This document shows positions 55,969 through 64,000 of a stretch of 64,000 bases of DNA, in pieces. Origin of the DNA: a bacterium (GTDB lineage Bacteria > Vulcanimicrobiota > Xenobia > Xenobiales > JADMJV01); assembly GCA_018266105.1 (NCBI GenBank), contig JAFEBA010000001.1, positions 71,594-135,593 on the forward strand, given 5' to 3'. Positions within the stretch are counted from its first letter, which is position 1, and each line of letters starts with the position of its first letter. Both the position numbers and the translations under genes were made by a program. The notes under the pieces were generated by a model. That model saw only the letters and a program-made list of their open reading frames with translations, did not search any database and had not been told where the DNA came from.

Positions 55969-56757
55969 ATGAGTTCGTCCAATAGTCTTTCTAAACTGAA
56001 GCTTCAGGGCTTCAATAACCTCACAAAAGCTCTCAGCTTCAATATCTATGACGTCTGCTATGCGGTCACTCCCGAGCAGCGCACCGCCTACATAGAGTAC
56101 ATTAACCAGTGCTACAACGCTGACCGCTTGACCACGATTTTGACGGATGTGGCGCGCATTGTGGGCGCAAACATCTTAAACATCGCTCGCCAGGACTACG
56201 ATCCGCAGGGGGCGTCGGTGACCATGCTGATTTCCGAACAGCCGGTGACTCACGTCAACGGGCTGGCCTCGGAAGCGGTGGTGGGCCACCTGGATAAGAG
56301 TCACATCACGGTGCATACCTATCCGGAAACCCATCCCCACAATGGTATCGCCACCTTTCGAGCGGACATCGATGTGGCCACATGTGGTGTGATCTCGCCG
56401 CTCAAGGCCTTGAACTACCTGATCGAGAGCTTCGAATCGGATATCGTGGTCACCGACTACCGCGTGCGCGGCTTTACGCGCGACGTGAAAGGGAAGAAGC
56501 ATTACATCGATCACAAGATCAATTCGATCCAGGAGTATCTTTCCAAGACCATCCGCCAACGCTACGAGATGATCGACGTGAACGTCTATCAGGAAAACCT
56601 CTTCCACACCAAGATGCAACTGAGCGAGTTCGACCTGGATAACTACTTATTTGGCGAGAAAGCGGCCAACCTGCCGGGCAAGCAAAGGGTGCGCATAGAG
56701 AACCAGCTGAAGCGGGAGCTACAGGAACTGTTTCACGGTCGCAACCTGGTGGATTGA
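55969..56757 (+). CDS. speD: S-adenosylmethionine decarboxylase proenzyme (class 1B, E. coli SpeD-type)
   Basis: [24 protein letters not shown]...[24 protein letters not shown] closely parallels the E. coli SpeD N-terminus, including the processing region. Confidence 0.85.
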   Translation: MSSSNSLSKLKLQGFNNLTKALSFNIYDVCYAVTPEQRTAYIEYINQCYNADRLTTILTDVARIVGANILNIARQDYDPQGASVTMLISEQPVTHVNGLASEAVVGHLDKSHITVHTYPETHPHNGIATFRADIDVATCGVISPLKALNYLIESFESDIVVTDYRVRGFTRDVKGKKHYIDHKINSIQEYLSKTIRQRYEMIDVNVYQENLFHTKMQLSEFDLDNYLFGEKAANLPGKQRVRIENQLKRELQELFHGRNLVD

Positions 56758-56760
56758 GAA

Positions 56761-57402
56761 TTGCTGCGCGCGGGGGAAGCGTCAGCCTTCTATCGTCTGG
56801 CTCAGTCTGTATTGCGCGTCTCTTTCTCCCTGCTCCAGGGTCTACAGGTGCAGGGGTTGGAGAATGTGCCTCGGCAGGGCGGATTCATCCTGGTCTGCAA
56901 TCACCTTTCCTGGCTTGACCCTCCCGTTCTGGGCTGCAGTCTGCGCCACCGCCAGCTGCACTTCATGGCCAAGAAAGAACTCTTTGAGCGTCCCTACCTG
57001 GGTCCACTGATACGGGCTTTGGGGGCCTTCCCGGTGGAGCGTGGCCAGGCTGATCGGAAATCCTTGCGGTTAGCTCTCGAGCTTTTGGGTCGGGGCCGAA
57101 TTGTCTGTCTTTTCCCTGAAGGCACCCGCGGGGATGGCGGACCGATGGGCCCCTGGCACGTAGGGCTGGCCATGCTGGCTCACCACGCTCAGGTGCCGAT
57201 TTTGCCGGCCGCCGTGAGTGGCACTCGAACCCTCCTGGAGGATCGGAAATTGCCTCAGCCGCGCCGCCCGATTCGGGTGGCTTTTGGGCCGGCGATTCGA
57301 ACCGACCTCACCGAGGGACACAGCCGGGCCCGACTTCAAGAGATTCAGGAGCGGAGTCTGGCGGGAGTCCAGGCCCTATTGAGAGGTTTCTCGGACCGCT
57401 GA
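56761..57402 (+). CDS. plsC: 1-acyl-sn-glycerol-3-phosphate acyltransferase
   Basis: HxxxxD motif LVCNHLSWLDPPVL and FPEGTRG motif. TTG start. Confidence 0.8.
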   Translation: MLRAGEASAFYRLAQSVLRVSFSLLQGLQVQGLENVPRQGGFILVCNHLSWLDPPVLGCSLRHRQLHFMAKKELFERPYLGPLIRALGAFPVERGQADRKSLRLALELLGRGRIVCLFPEGTRGDGGPMGPWHVGLAMLAHHAQVPILPAAVSGTRTLLEDRKLPQPRRPIRVAFGPAIRTDLTEGHSRARLQEIQERSLAGVQALLRGFSDR

Positions 57403-58602
57403 GCGACTGATTGCCTGGAGTTGCTCACACCACTTTCTGAGACGGTCGTCCGCAACCAGTTGCAGGCCGGTTTCGTCGCTGTTCAGGCTAGGAGGACAGG
57501 CGGCCACCACCAGAGTGCCCTTAGGGACTCCGTTCAGCCGCAGCGGCGAAAGGCAGACCCCGTGCCGCACCGGCAGGAGATAGCCTTCTCCAGGCTCTGC
57601 ATCGCTTGGAACGCAAACCAATTGAGCGGCTCGATAGGGACGAATTGAGTAACGCACCATCCAGGCCGGTCCGACCCGACGCATCGGCAGGAGATAGGGC
57701 CCACTTCCCTTGAGTGCAATTCGGTCGAAGTTGTTGGGAGCGTGACGCATATCGTAGGCGACAAGCAGCTCGGGATGCTCAAGATTGAGCCGCGTCAGAT
57801 TGAACTGTGCGCAGTCGTAGCGGGCCACTTCCAGTGTTCTGTGAGAGTGAAGTCGATAGCTAGGCACTCGAGAGCGTCCGCGCAGGCCTTCGCTAACGCC
57901 AGCGCTTGAGTAAATCTGCTGACCGTTCAGTTCCACTTCGTAGGGGTTGAAAATGATCGGCGGAGCACAGGCGATGGCATCTTCTCCGGGCTCCGCCAGA
58001 ACGCCAGTCACCACATGACTACGACTCTGGACCAGGCTCAGGTCCAGGTCACTTGATTGCAGGCGACCCTGCATCAGGATGGGGCGGCTGGCGAAATGGG
58101 TCCTGCGCTGATATTCATTGACCAGCTGGATATGGCGACGCTCCAGATTACGCCAGGCCGAGACGGCCGCCGGCTTCCAGCTGACGTGGACCATGAGCGA
58201 ATCCACGCGACGTTGGGGAGCCTGAAAGCTCTGCCTCTGCGCGCCCGCGCGCAGCACCCAGGCCCCGTGGGCTCCCTGGCATTGCCAGGATACACTTAAG
58301 GCGGTGGGTTTGTAGTGCAAAAGTAGCTTCAGGGCGCGTCCCAAGGCGCTGTCTTCCCAATTGCCTGGGAAGTTTTGCAGGACCTGCAGGTCCACATCCT
58401 TGGGATGCCAGTTCTCCAGGTCGAAGCGCACATGACGAAAAGAGCTCTGCATGCTGACCCGGGTGGAGCCAATAGCAAACCCGTATTGCGTCAGTTGAAG
58501 CCAAGGAAGGCTCGGATGCTGCTTGAGCAGCTTGAGGGGTGCGTCCAGACTCACATCCCCCCGGCGAGCAAATTCGGAAATCCACTGCTCTAAGTGACTC
58601 AC
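57376..58602 (-). CDS. Hypothetical protein (about 409 aa)
   Basis: Long ORF with a GTG start placed after an AGGAGGCGAAGGAA ribosome-binding site. No recognisable domain. Convergent with plsC, overlapping it by 27 nt. Confidence 0.45.
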   Translation of the reverse strand: MSHLEQWISEFARRGDVSLDAPLKLLKQHPSLPWLQLTQYGFAIGSTRVSMQSSFRHVRFDLENWHPKDVDLQVLQNFPGNWEDSALGRALKLLLHYKPTALSVSWQCQGAHGAWVLRAGAQRQSFQAPQRRVDSLMVHVSWKPAAVSAWRNLERRHIQLVNEYQRRTHFASRPILMQGRLQSSDLDLSLVQSRSHVVTGVLAEPGEDAIACAPPIIFNPYEVELNGQQIYSSAGVSEGLRGRSRVPSYRLHSHRTLEVARYDCAQFNLTRLNLEHPELLVAYDMRHAPNNFDRIALKGSGPYLLPMRRVGPAWMVRYSIRPYRAAQLVCVPSDAEPGEGYLLPVRHGVCLSPLRLNGVPKGTLVVAACPPSLNSDETGLQLVADDRLRKWCEQLQAISRSAVRETSQ

Positions 58603-58682
58603 GGTCGTATTCCTTCGCCTCCTACCCAATGGGACCTTTTGGGTCACACAGGCTTCGTGCCGGCAAGAGAGAATCATGCTGA

Positions 58683-58892
58683 ATGGAGAAAAAAGTTGTT
58701 TCGTTGCTTGTCCTGCTCAGTCTCTGCGGTTGCGGACTGAAAGTCAAAGATATGCAAGGTGCTCAGCAGAAGAATATGAAGAACTCAAACAGCAAGATTA
58801 AAGAGGGCACCGGCACCGATCTTGGCTTTGAGAAGCAGAAGCGCACCAAAGGCAAAATTCGACTGACCAATATGCCCGCCAGCGAACTGTAG
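58683..58892 (+). CDS. Small Lys-rich lipoprotein (69 aa)
   Basis: Lipobox LLSLCGC. Lower GC than the surrounding sequence. Confidence 0.45.
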   Translation: MEKKVVSLLVLLSLCGCGLKVKDMQGAQQKNMKNSNSKIKEGTGTDLGFEKQKRTKGKIRLTNMPASEL

Positions 58893-58901
58893 GCGGCTGC
58901 G

Positions 58902-60365
58902 CTAGGAGCTGCTCACGCTGGTTACAATGCGCTGCAGTTGACTGGAGAGCTTGTTGAGCTCGGAAGCGGTTTGCAGGGTTTGAGCCGAACTGGCCTCGGT
59001 TTCACGCGCCGACTGAGCCACCGCGGCGATGGCCACGTTGACCTGTTCTACGGCCGTCGCTTGCTGCTTGGTCGAGAGTTCGATCTCTCGAGAGGCGTCG
59101 GTCGTTCCCGCCACCGTATCGACGATCTGCTGGAAGGCGGAGGTGACGTCCACGAACTGCCGATTGCCCGCTTCCACAGCCTTGGCTCCGGATTCGGTGG
59201 CCATGACGGTGGTGCTGACCGCCCCTCGAACTTCTTCAATCAAAACCCGGATTTCCTTAGCGGACTGACCGACCCGATCGGCCAGTTTGCGAATTTCGTC
59301 GGCCACCACCCCGAAGCGTTTGCCGGCCTCACCCGCTCCGGCCGCCTCGATGGTGGCGTTAATGGCCAGAATGTTGGTTTGCTCGGAAAGTTCGCCCACG
59401 ATGTCAACCACCGAACCAATCTGCTGAGATTTCTTGCCTAACTCCAGCATATGGTTGACGACCTGGTCCATCTGGCGGCGGATTCCCGCCACCGACTGAC
59501 TGGCCAACTGAACGGTCTCCTCTCCTTGCCTGGCCGAGACGGCAGTCTCTTCAGCGACTTTAGAGACGTGTTGGGCGCTGTCCGCGATCTGTCGCGAAGT
59601 CACCAAAAGTTCGCTCATGGTGGTGGCGATCTCCGCCATGGAGGTGGCTGACTCACGCGAGCCCGAGACCTGCTGGTTGGCGGCCGTCTGCAGTTCGGCT
59701 GAAGAGTTGCGAACTCGCTGGATGGCCGTGCCGATTTGCTGGTTGAGCGAGCGCGTCAGCACCAGGGCCAGGATGAAAATGATTCCCAGGCCGCCACTGG
59801 TACCCAGGGTCAGGGCCCAGCGGGCTTCGCGCGCGGCCCGTTCGACCTCGTCGCCACGAGCTTTGAGTTGAGCTCGCTCATCCTTCTCCAGTCCCTCCAA
59901 TTGGAAGCGGATGTCGTCCATATACTTCTTGCCTTCATCGGTATTGACCAACTTTAAGGAGCCTTGACGATCCCCGCTCAGGCGCAGGTCGATGGTGCGT
60001 TGTAATTCGGTCAGCTTGGCGTTCACAACCGTGTCGAGCTGCTCCAGGCGCCTCTGCTGTTCAGGAAAATCGCGCGTGAGTTCGCGCAGGCTGGTCAAAA
60101 GTCGGGGAAGGGCGCTGGTCGCATTGCGGTAGGGTTCCAGGTAGCTCTCCTTGCCCGTCAGTAAATAGCCCCTCTGGCCCGTTTCAGCGTCTTTCAGGCA
60201 GCTATAGACGGCTGAGATTTCCTCCAACACCTTATGGGAGTGGCTGACGGAGTAGCTGGTGCGAGTTAGCGAATCGGTGGATTGATGGGCCACCCAGCCG
60301 AAGCCGAGCAACATCAAAAAACAAATTGCAAAGCTGGCTCCAATTTTTTTTCCGAAAGTCCACAT
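58902..60365 (-). CDS. Methyl-accepting chemotaxis protein with a CHASE3 periplasmic sensor and HAMP domain
   Basis: N-terminal transmembrane helix. CHASE3-like region ([16 protein letters not shown]), a second transmembrane helix, HAMP, then the MCP signalling domain ([32 protein letters not shown]). Confidence 0.85.
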   Translation of the reverse strand: MWTFGKKIGASFAICFLMLLGFGWVAHQSTDSLTRTSYSVSHSHKVLEEISAVYSCLKDAETGQRGYLLTGKESYLEPYRNATSALPRLLTSLRELTRDFPEQQRRLEQLDTVVNAKLTELQRTIDLRLSGDRQGSLKLVNTDEGKKYMDDIRFQLEGLEKDERAQLKARGDEVERAAREARWALTLGTSGGLGIIFILALVLTRSLNQQIGTAIQRVRNSSAELQTAANQQVSGSRESATSMAEIATTMSELLVTSRQIADSAQHVSKVAEETAVSARQGEETVQLASQSVAGIRRQMDQVVNHMLELGKKSQQIGSVVDIVGELSEQTNILAINATIEAAGAGEAGKRFGVVADEIRKLADRVGQSAKEIRVLIEEVRGAVSTTVMATESGAKAVEAGNRQFVDVTSAFQQIVDTVAGTTDASREIELSTKQQATAVEQVNVAIAAVAQSARETEASSAQTLQTASELNKLSSQLQRIVTSVSSS

Positions 60366-60406
60366 GCCCTCATTTTCTTTTCGCAGTGTTCACAAGCCTG
60401 CCAGGT

Positions 60407-60428
60407 ATGAATTCAATGAATTGAGAAT
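60407..60428. promoter_or_regulatory. Three phased TGAATT/GAATTC direct repeats (GAATTCAATGAATTGAGAATTC) in the MCP/che divergent promoter
   Basis: Read directly from the sequence. Repeat spacing is about 9-10 bp. Confidence 0.35.
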
Positions 60429-60438
60429 TCTGTGGTAA

Positions 60439-60897
60439 ATGCAGATTCTTTCAGGCTCTCGGCTTTTTTTACTTTGTCGCTCCGGCCCGTGCTGGTGTGC
60501 CCTGGCCATGCAGGGATTGGGCGAAGTGATGCGGGCCCAGCCCGTAAAACCGGTTTCAGGCTTGCCCCCATTCGTGGAAGGCCTGTCTGTCATTCGGGGC
60601 CGGGCAATTCCAGTGGTTCATTTGTCATTGCTTCTCTGCGGTGCTTTTTCGCCTTTGACCGATCAGCAGCGTCTCGTCACGGTTGATTGTGACGGGCATC
60701 GAGTCGCTTTGCGGGTGGACGAGGTGGCCGGGCTCCAGCCGCTGGAGATGGCCAGCTGGCACAAGCTGCCCAATTTGGTGGAACAGGTTCACGCCAGCTA
60801 CCTCTCAGCCTTGGGTAGTCTGGGCGGTGAGTTGGTCTTGTTTCTTCGTTGTGCTCGCCTTTTGTCTCCGGAGGAATGGGAGGTTTTGGGTTCGTGA
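60439..60897 (+). CDS. cheW: Chemotaxis coupling protein CheW
   Basis: GLPPFVEGLSVIRGRAIPVVHLSLLL CheW core motif. 152 aa. Confidence 0.75.
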   Translation: MQILSGSRLFLLCRSGPCWCALAMQGLGEVMRAQPVKPVSGLPPFVEGLSVIRGRAIPVVHLSLLLCGAFSPLTDQQRLVTVDCDGHRVALRVDEVAGLQPLEMASWHKLPNLVEQVHASYLSALGSLGGELVLFLRCARLLSPEEWEVLGS

Positions 60898-62270
60898 TCG
60901 GGACTCTTGTGCAGCGTTTTCGCACCCAGTTGGAGGAGCGACTGGGGTTGGACTTTGCCGAACGACAGGACCGGTTTCTGGATGAGGTGCTGCATCGGCG
61001 GGCCGGCCGGCGAGGTCCCGAGCTCTATTTGCAGCAACTGGAGCAGAACTTTGACGAACAAGAAGTCAGTCGGCTGGCTACGGAACTGACCGTTGGAGAG
61101 ACGTCTTTTTTCAGGCACTCTCAGCAGTTACAGGTTTTTGTTCAGGTGGCTGTGCCGGCTCGCCTCAGGGCTCGCGATAAAACGCGTAAGCTCTCGATTC
61201 TTTCGGTTGGATGTGCTTCGAGGGAAGAGCCCTATTCCCTGGCCATGTTGCTCCATCAACACTTTTCGCTATCAGGTCGCTCCAACTGGAATGTGCAGAT
61301 TCTGGGGGTGGACGTCAATCCCGACGTTCTCAGGCTGGCCCGACGGGGAATTTATTCTGAATGGTCGTTACGTGAGACCCCCCCGACCATGCTTAACCGT
61401 TGGTTTATTCAGCGTGGGCAGCAATTTCATTTAGATCAGAAAATTCTTGATTTAGTGCAATTCGAAGAGCGCAATCTTAATCTGTCTAACCCCGATTTAT
61501 GGCTCCCATCGCGTTGGGACATCGTGCTCTGTCGTAATATGTTGATGTATTTCACGCCAGAGCGGGCCCGGGTGTTGCTCCAGCGTCTGACTGGAGGACT
61601 GGCTGAGGACGGATTTTTGTTCCTGGGCCCGGCTGAAAATCTGCGAGGACTCTCTCAGGATTTTGTGGTTCACCATCGGTCAGAGTGTTTTTACTATCAG
61701 CTGGCCGGTAGCCGCCAGGCTTCACCGCTCCGGACGGGTGCCGCGCTGCTGGCCCAATCTGCTCCCGTAGCGGAACGCTCGACGCCTCCTGAGGATCTGA
61801 GTGTCCTGTGTGTTTTGCTCGAACAGGAACGCTATGCTCAGGCTCTGGAACTTTTGAGGGGCTGGCGTGAAAGTCCCCGCAGCTGTCTGTGGAGAGTGTC
61901 CATTCTGGTCAACCGAGGAGAGTTTGCGGAGGCTGAGAGCCTCCTGGAAACCCTGCTGGAGCCAACCGAGACCGAGGCCGGAGCCCGCTTCTTTCTGGGA
62001 CTGTGCCGGCGCGAAGCGGGCGAACTCGGACAGGCGCGTGCCTGTTTCGAGCGCGCTCTCTGGCTCGACCCCAGTTTGGCTCTGGCCGCTCTCTATCTAG
62101 GAATGTTGTTGCGTCGCCTGGCGCTTCAGGCTCAGGCCCGGCCCTATCTGAGGCAAGCTCTAGTTCTTCTGCAACGCGAGAGCGACGAGCGTTTGTTGCT
62201 TTTCGGTGGGGGCTTTCGCCGCTCGGCCTGGCTGGCACTCTGTCAAAACGAACTGGACTCATACCTGTGA
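60894..62270 (+). CDS. cheR: Chemotaxis protein methyltransferase CheR with a C-terminal TPR domain
   Basis: SAM-binding region LSILSVGCASREEPYSLAMLL and DIVLCRNMLMYF. C-terminal TPR-like helices. The GTG start overlaps the cheW stop (GTGA) with GGGAGG ten nt upstream; an alternative ATG lies at 60876. Confidence 0.8.
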   Translation: MIGTLVQRFRTQLEERLGLDFAERQDRFLDEVLHRRAGRRGPELYLQQLEQNFDEQEVSRLATELTVGETSFFRHSQQLQVFVQVAVPARLRARDKTRKLSILSVGCASREEPYSLAMLLHQHFSLSGRSNWNVQILGVDVNPDVLRLARRGIYSEWSLRETPPTMLNRWFIQRGQQFHLDQKILDLVQFEERNLNLSNPDLWLPSRWDIVLCRNMLMYFTPERARVLLQRLTGGLAEDGFLFLGPAENLRGLSQDFVVHHRSECFYYQLAGSRQASPLRTGAALLAQSAPVAERSTPPEDLSVLCVLLEQERYAQALELLRGWRESPRSCLWRVSILVNRGEFAEAESLLETLLEPTETEAGARFFLGLCRREAGELGQARACFERALWLDPSLALAALYLGMLLRRLALQAQARPYLRQALVLLQRESDERLLLFGGGFRRSAWLALCQNELDSYL

Positions 62271-62704
62271 ACCGGTTGGAGGAGCTGCGCCGGCAGTTTG
62301 ATGAGGGCTTTCGTTACCCACCCCGGGACGGGGAACGAGAGATTCGCGATCGACTCTTGCTCCAGTCTGGCTCGCGCTGGCTCAGTCTGCCCCTGAATCA
62401 AGTGACTGAAGTGCTCCGCTGCCCGCTCATGACCCCGCTGCCGGGGGCTCCGCCCGGCTTGCTTGGCCTGGTCGGGTTGCGCGGGACTCTGCTGCCGGTC
62501 TACGCCTTGACCGACCTGTTGGGGCAGCCATCATCCCTGGCGGGAGGGGGGGCGATGTGGATTCTGGTCGTGCCTCAGCCTGAAATGGTAGGTTTGGCTC
62601 TGGAGGCCAGTTCAGTCTCCTTGACGGCACAGGCTGAGCAGTCTCAGGAGATCGATCTTTTTGCCCTGGTGGAAGAGCTTCAGAGGCGGTTTGTTCATGA
62701 GTAA
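62267..62704 (+). CDS. Second CheW-like protein
   Basis: LVGLRGTLLPVYALTDLLG CheW motif. The GTG start overlaps the cheR stop (GTGA). Confidence 0.7.
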   Translation: MNRLEELRRQFDEGFRYPPRDGEREIRDRLLLQSGSRWLSLPLNQVTEVLRCPLMTPLPGAPPGLLGLVGLRGTLLPVYALTDLLGQPSSLAGGGAMWILVVPQPEMVGLALEASSVSLTAQAEQSQEIDLFALVEELQRRFVHE

Positions 62705-64000
62705 GGACCCCCTGCGCTACTTTCGTCAGGAAGCGGTGGAGTTGTTGGAGCTGCTGAGCAACGGACTGTTGGATCTGGAGTGCGAGTATTCCCAGGCAAC
62801 TGCGGCTGCCTTGCTGCGTCACGCTCACACCTTGAAAGGGGCGGCCCGGGTCGTCAAGTTGAAAGATCTTGCCGATCACGTGCATTCGCTTGAGGACCTG
62901 CTGGAGAATTTTCGCCATCAGCTACCCGCTCAGCCCACAAGTCTGATCAATCAGGCCCTGCGTTGGCTGGACCGAATTCAGGCCAGTCTCAATCAACTCA
63001 GTCCGGACCACGCTCCCACGACCCGGGCGGTCCGCTCTGAGGACATGGCCGGGCAGCACGTCGACCCGGCTGAAATTCAAACCTTGCTCGGGGACGTGAG
63101 TCAAGCCTACACGCGCCTGGGCGAGATGCGGGTCGGTGCCTCGGCCTGGAATGAGGTGGCCTTCCTGTCCACTCAGCCCGAGACGGGCTCGGAGATCCTG
63201 GAAATCGCTCGGCGCCAGGGTCGCGAGCTGCAGGCCCAGATCGAGCACCTGCAGAGCGAGTTGAGAGCCATGCACCAGACGGTTGAACAGCTCCGATTGC
63301 AACCCTTGAGTTCGCTCTATACGAGTCTGCAGCGAAGTTTGCGCGATGCGGCTCAGGAGGCCGGAATTTCGGCTCAGTTCCTGGCCCAGGGGCCGGATGT
63401 GCGGCTTGAGGAAGGGACTCTTCGATTGGTTCGGGCTGCCCTGGTGCAGGCCGTACGGAACGCGGTGGCCCATGGCATTGAGCCAGCCGAACAGCGCCGC
63501 CAGTTAGGAAAGGAGCCGACCGGGCGGGTGGAGCTCAAGGTGGAGCGCAAGGGGAGCTGGCTCTGGCTCACCCTCAGCGACGACGGTCGCGGGGTGGAAG
63601 CAGCCGCGCTGGCTAGCGCAGGGTCACTCGAGGAGCTGCTGGAGGGCGGAGTTTCAACCTCGCGCTCGGTCAGCCAGTTGTCCGGTCGGGGCGTTGGAAT
63701 GGATGTCATCCGGGAATCAGCCCAACGTCTGGGCGGTGAGCTGAGGCTGGAAAGCCAGCCCGAACAGGGCTTCCATTTGCATCTGCGATTCCCCGTGCAG
63801 GCGGCCAGTTTGCCGGCCTTGCGGGTCCGCAGTCGCTCCCGCAGCCTGCTCTTGCCGCTCGATTGTGTTTTGAAGGTCACTCACCAGGAAAGCCCCGAGC
63901 TGAGTGAACTGCCCGGCATCGGACTGGCCGAACTGCTGGCCTGGTCCGGTCCCACTCAGGACGAAAAGATCCAGGTCCTGGTGTCCAGCGCTGTGGGCCA
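62700..64000 (+). CDS. cheA: Chemotaxis histidine kinase CheA (5' portion; continues beyond the window)
   Basis: Manual translation gives the Hpt motif HAHTLKGAARVV, HATPase_c motifs (VRNAVAHGIE, LSDDGRGV, GRGVGMDVI) and the beginning of the CheW-like domain. No stop before 64000. The ATG overlaps the second cheW stop. Confidence 0.85.

Noticed and set aside
55890-55982. MMPL transporter start at 55982
   Set aside because: It would overlap the divergent speD start by 14 nt and leave no promoter. The internal Met at 55889 is preferred, though not proven.

Overview
This is a 64 kb, high-GC (about 60-65%), gene-dense bacterial chromosomal segment with about 65 protein-coding genes on both strands. 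Many are translationally coupled, with overlapping ATGA, GTGA or TTGA start-stop junctions. I found no rRNA, tRNA, CRISPR array, transposase or integrase. The phylum cannot be assigned from this window.

Recognisable blocks, in order along the window:
- The 3' end of a GGDEF diguanylate cyclase gene.
- A CRTAC1/ASPIC-like FG-GAP protein.
- A six-gene minus-strand operon for futalosine-route menaquinone synthesis (UbiA-type prenyltransferase, a Cys-less MqnC/E-like paralog, MqnA, a radical-SAM MqnC/E, UbiE), ending with anmK.
- fpg and a LysM-NlpC/P60 hydrolase.
- A membrane-anchored pseudokinase with a small secreted partner.
- A complete MoxR/DUF58/DUF4381/BatA-E aerotolerance-type operon, translationally coupled into dusB.
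- A rhodanese-Nfu fusion, deoB, an RlmK-like methyltransferase, a PilZ receptor, a GTPase-DUF697 protein, and a HAD hydrolase with a CARDB protein.
- A glycine-rich FG/GFPGG low-complexity protein with a zinc-ribbon partner and a C11 clostripain-like peptidase.
- A membrane PP2C phosphatase with a TerB-like gene, PpiC/SurA, mazG and enolase.
- An 895-aa coiled-coil, acidic-repeat protein.
- A 739-aa protein built from four tandem degenerate metzincin-like repeats.
- A cluster of six genes with prepilin-type N-termini, including two large GspK-like proteins, interrupted by glpQ.
- An MMPL transporter, speD and plsC.
- A chemotaxis cluster: a CHASE3 methyl-accepting chemotaxis protein, cheW, cheR-TPR, a second cheW, and cheA running off the end.

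The most unusual material is the pseudopilin/giant GspK-like cluster, the four-fold pseudo-metzincin protein with its divergent acidic coiled-coil partner, the Gly-rich FG-repeat protein plus C11 peptidase locus, and the Cys-less radical-SAM paralog in the futalosine operon.
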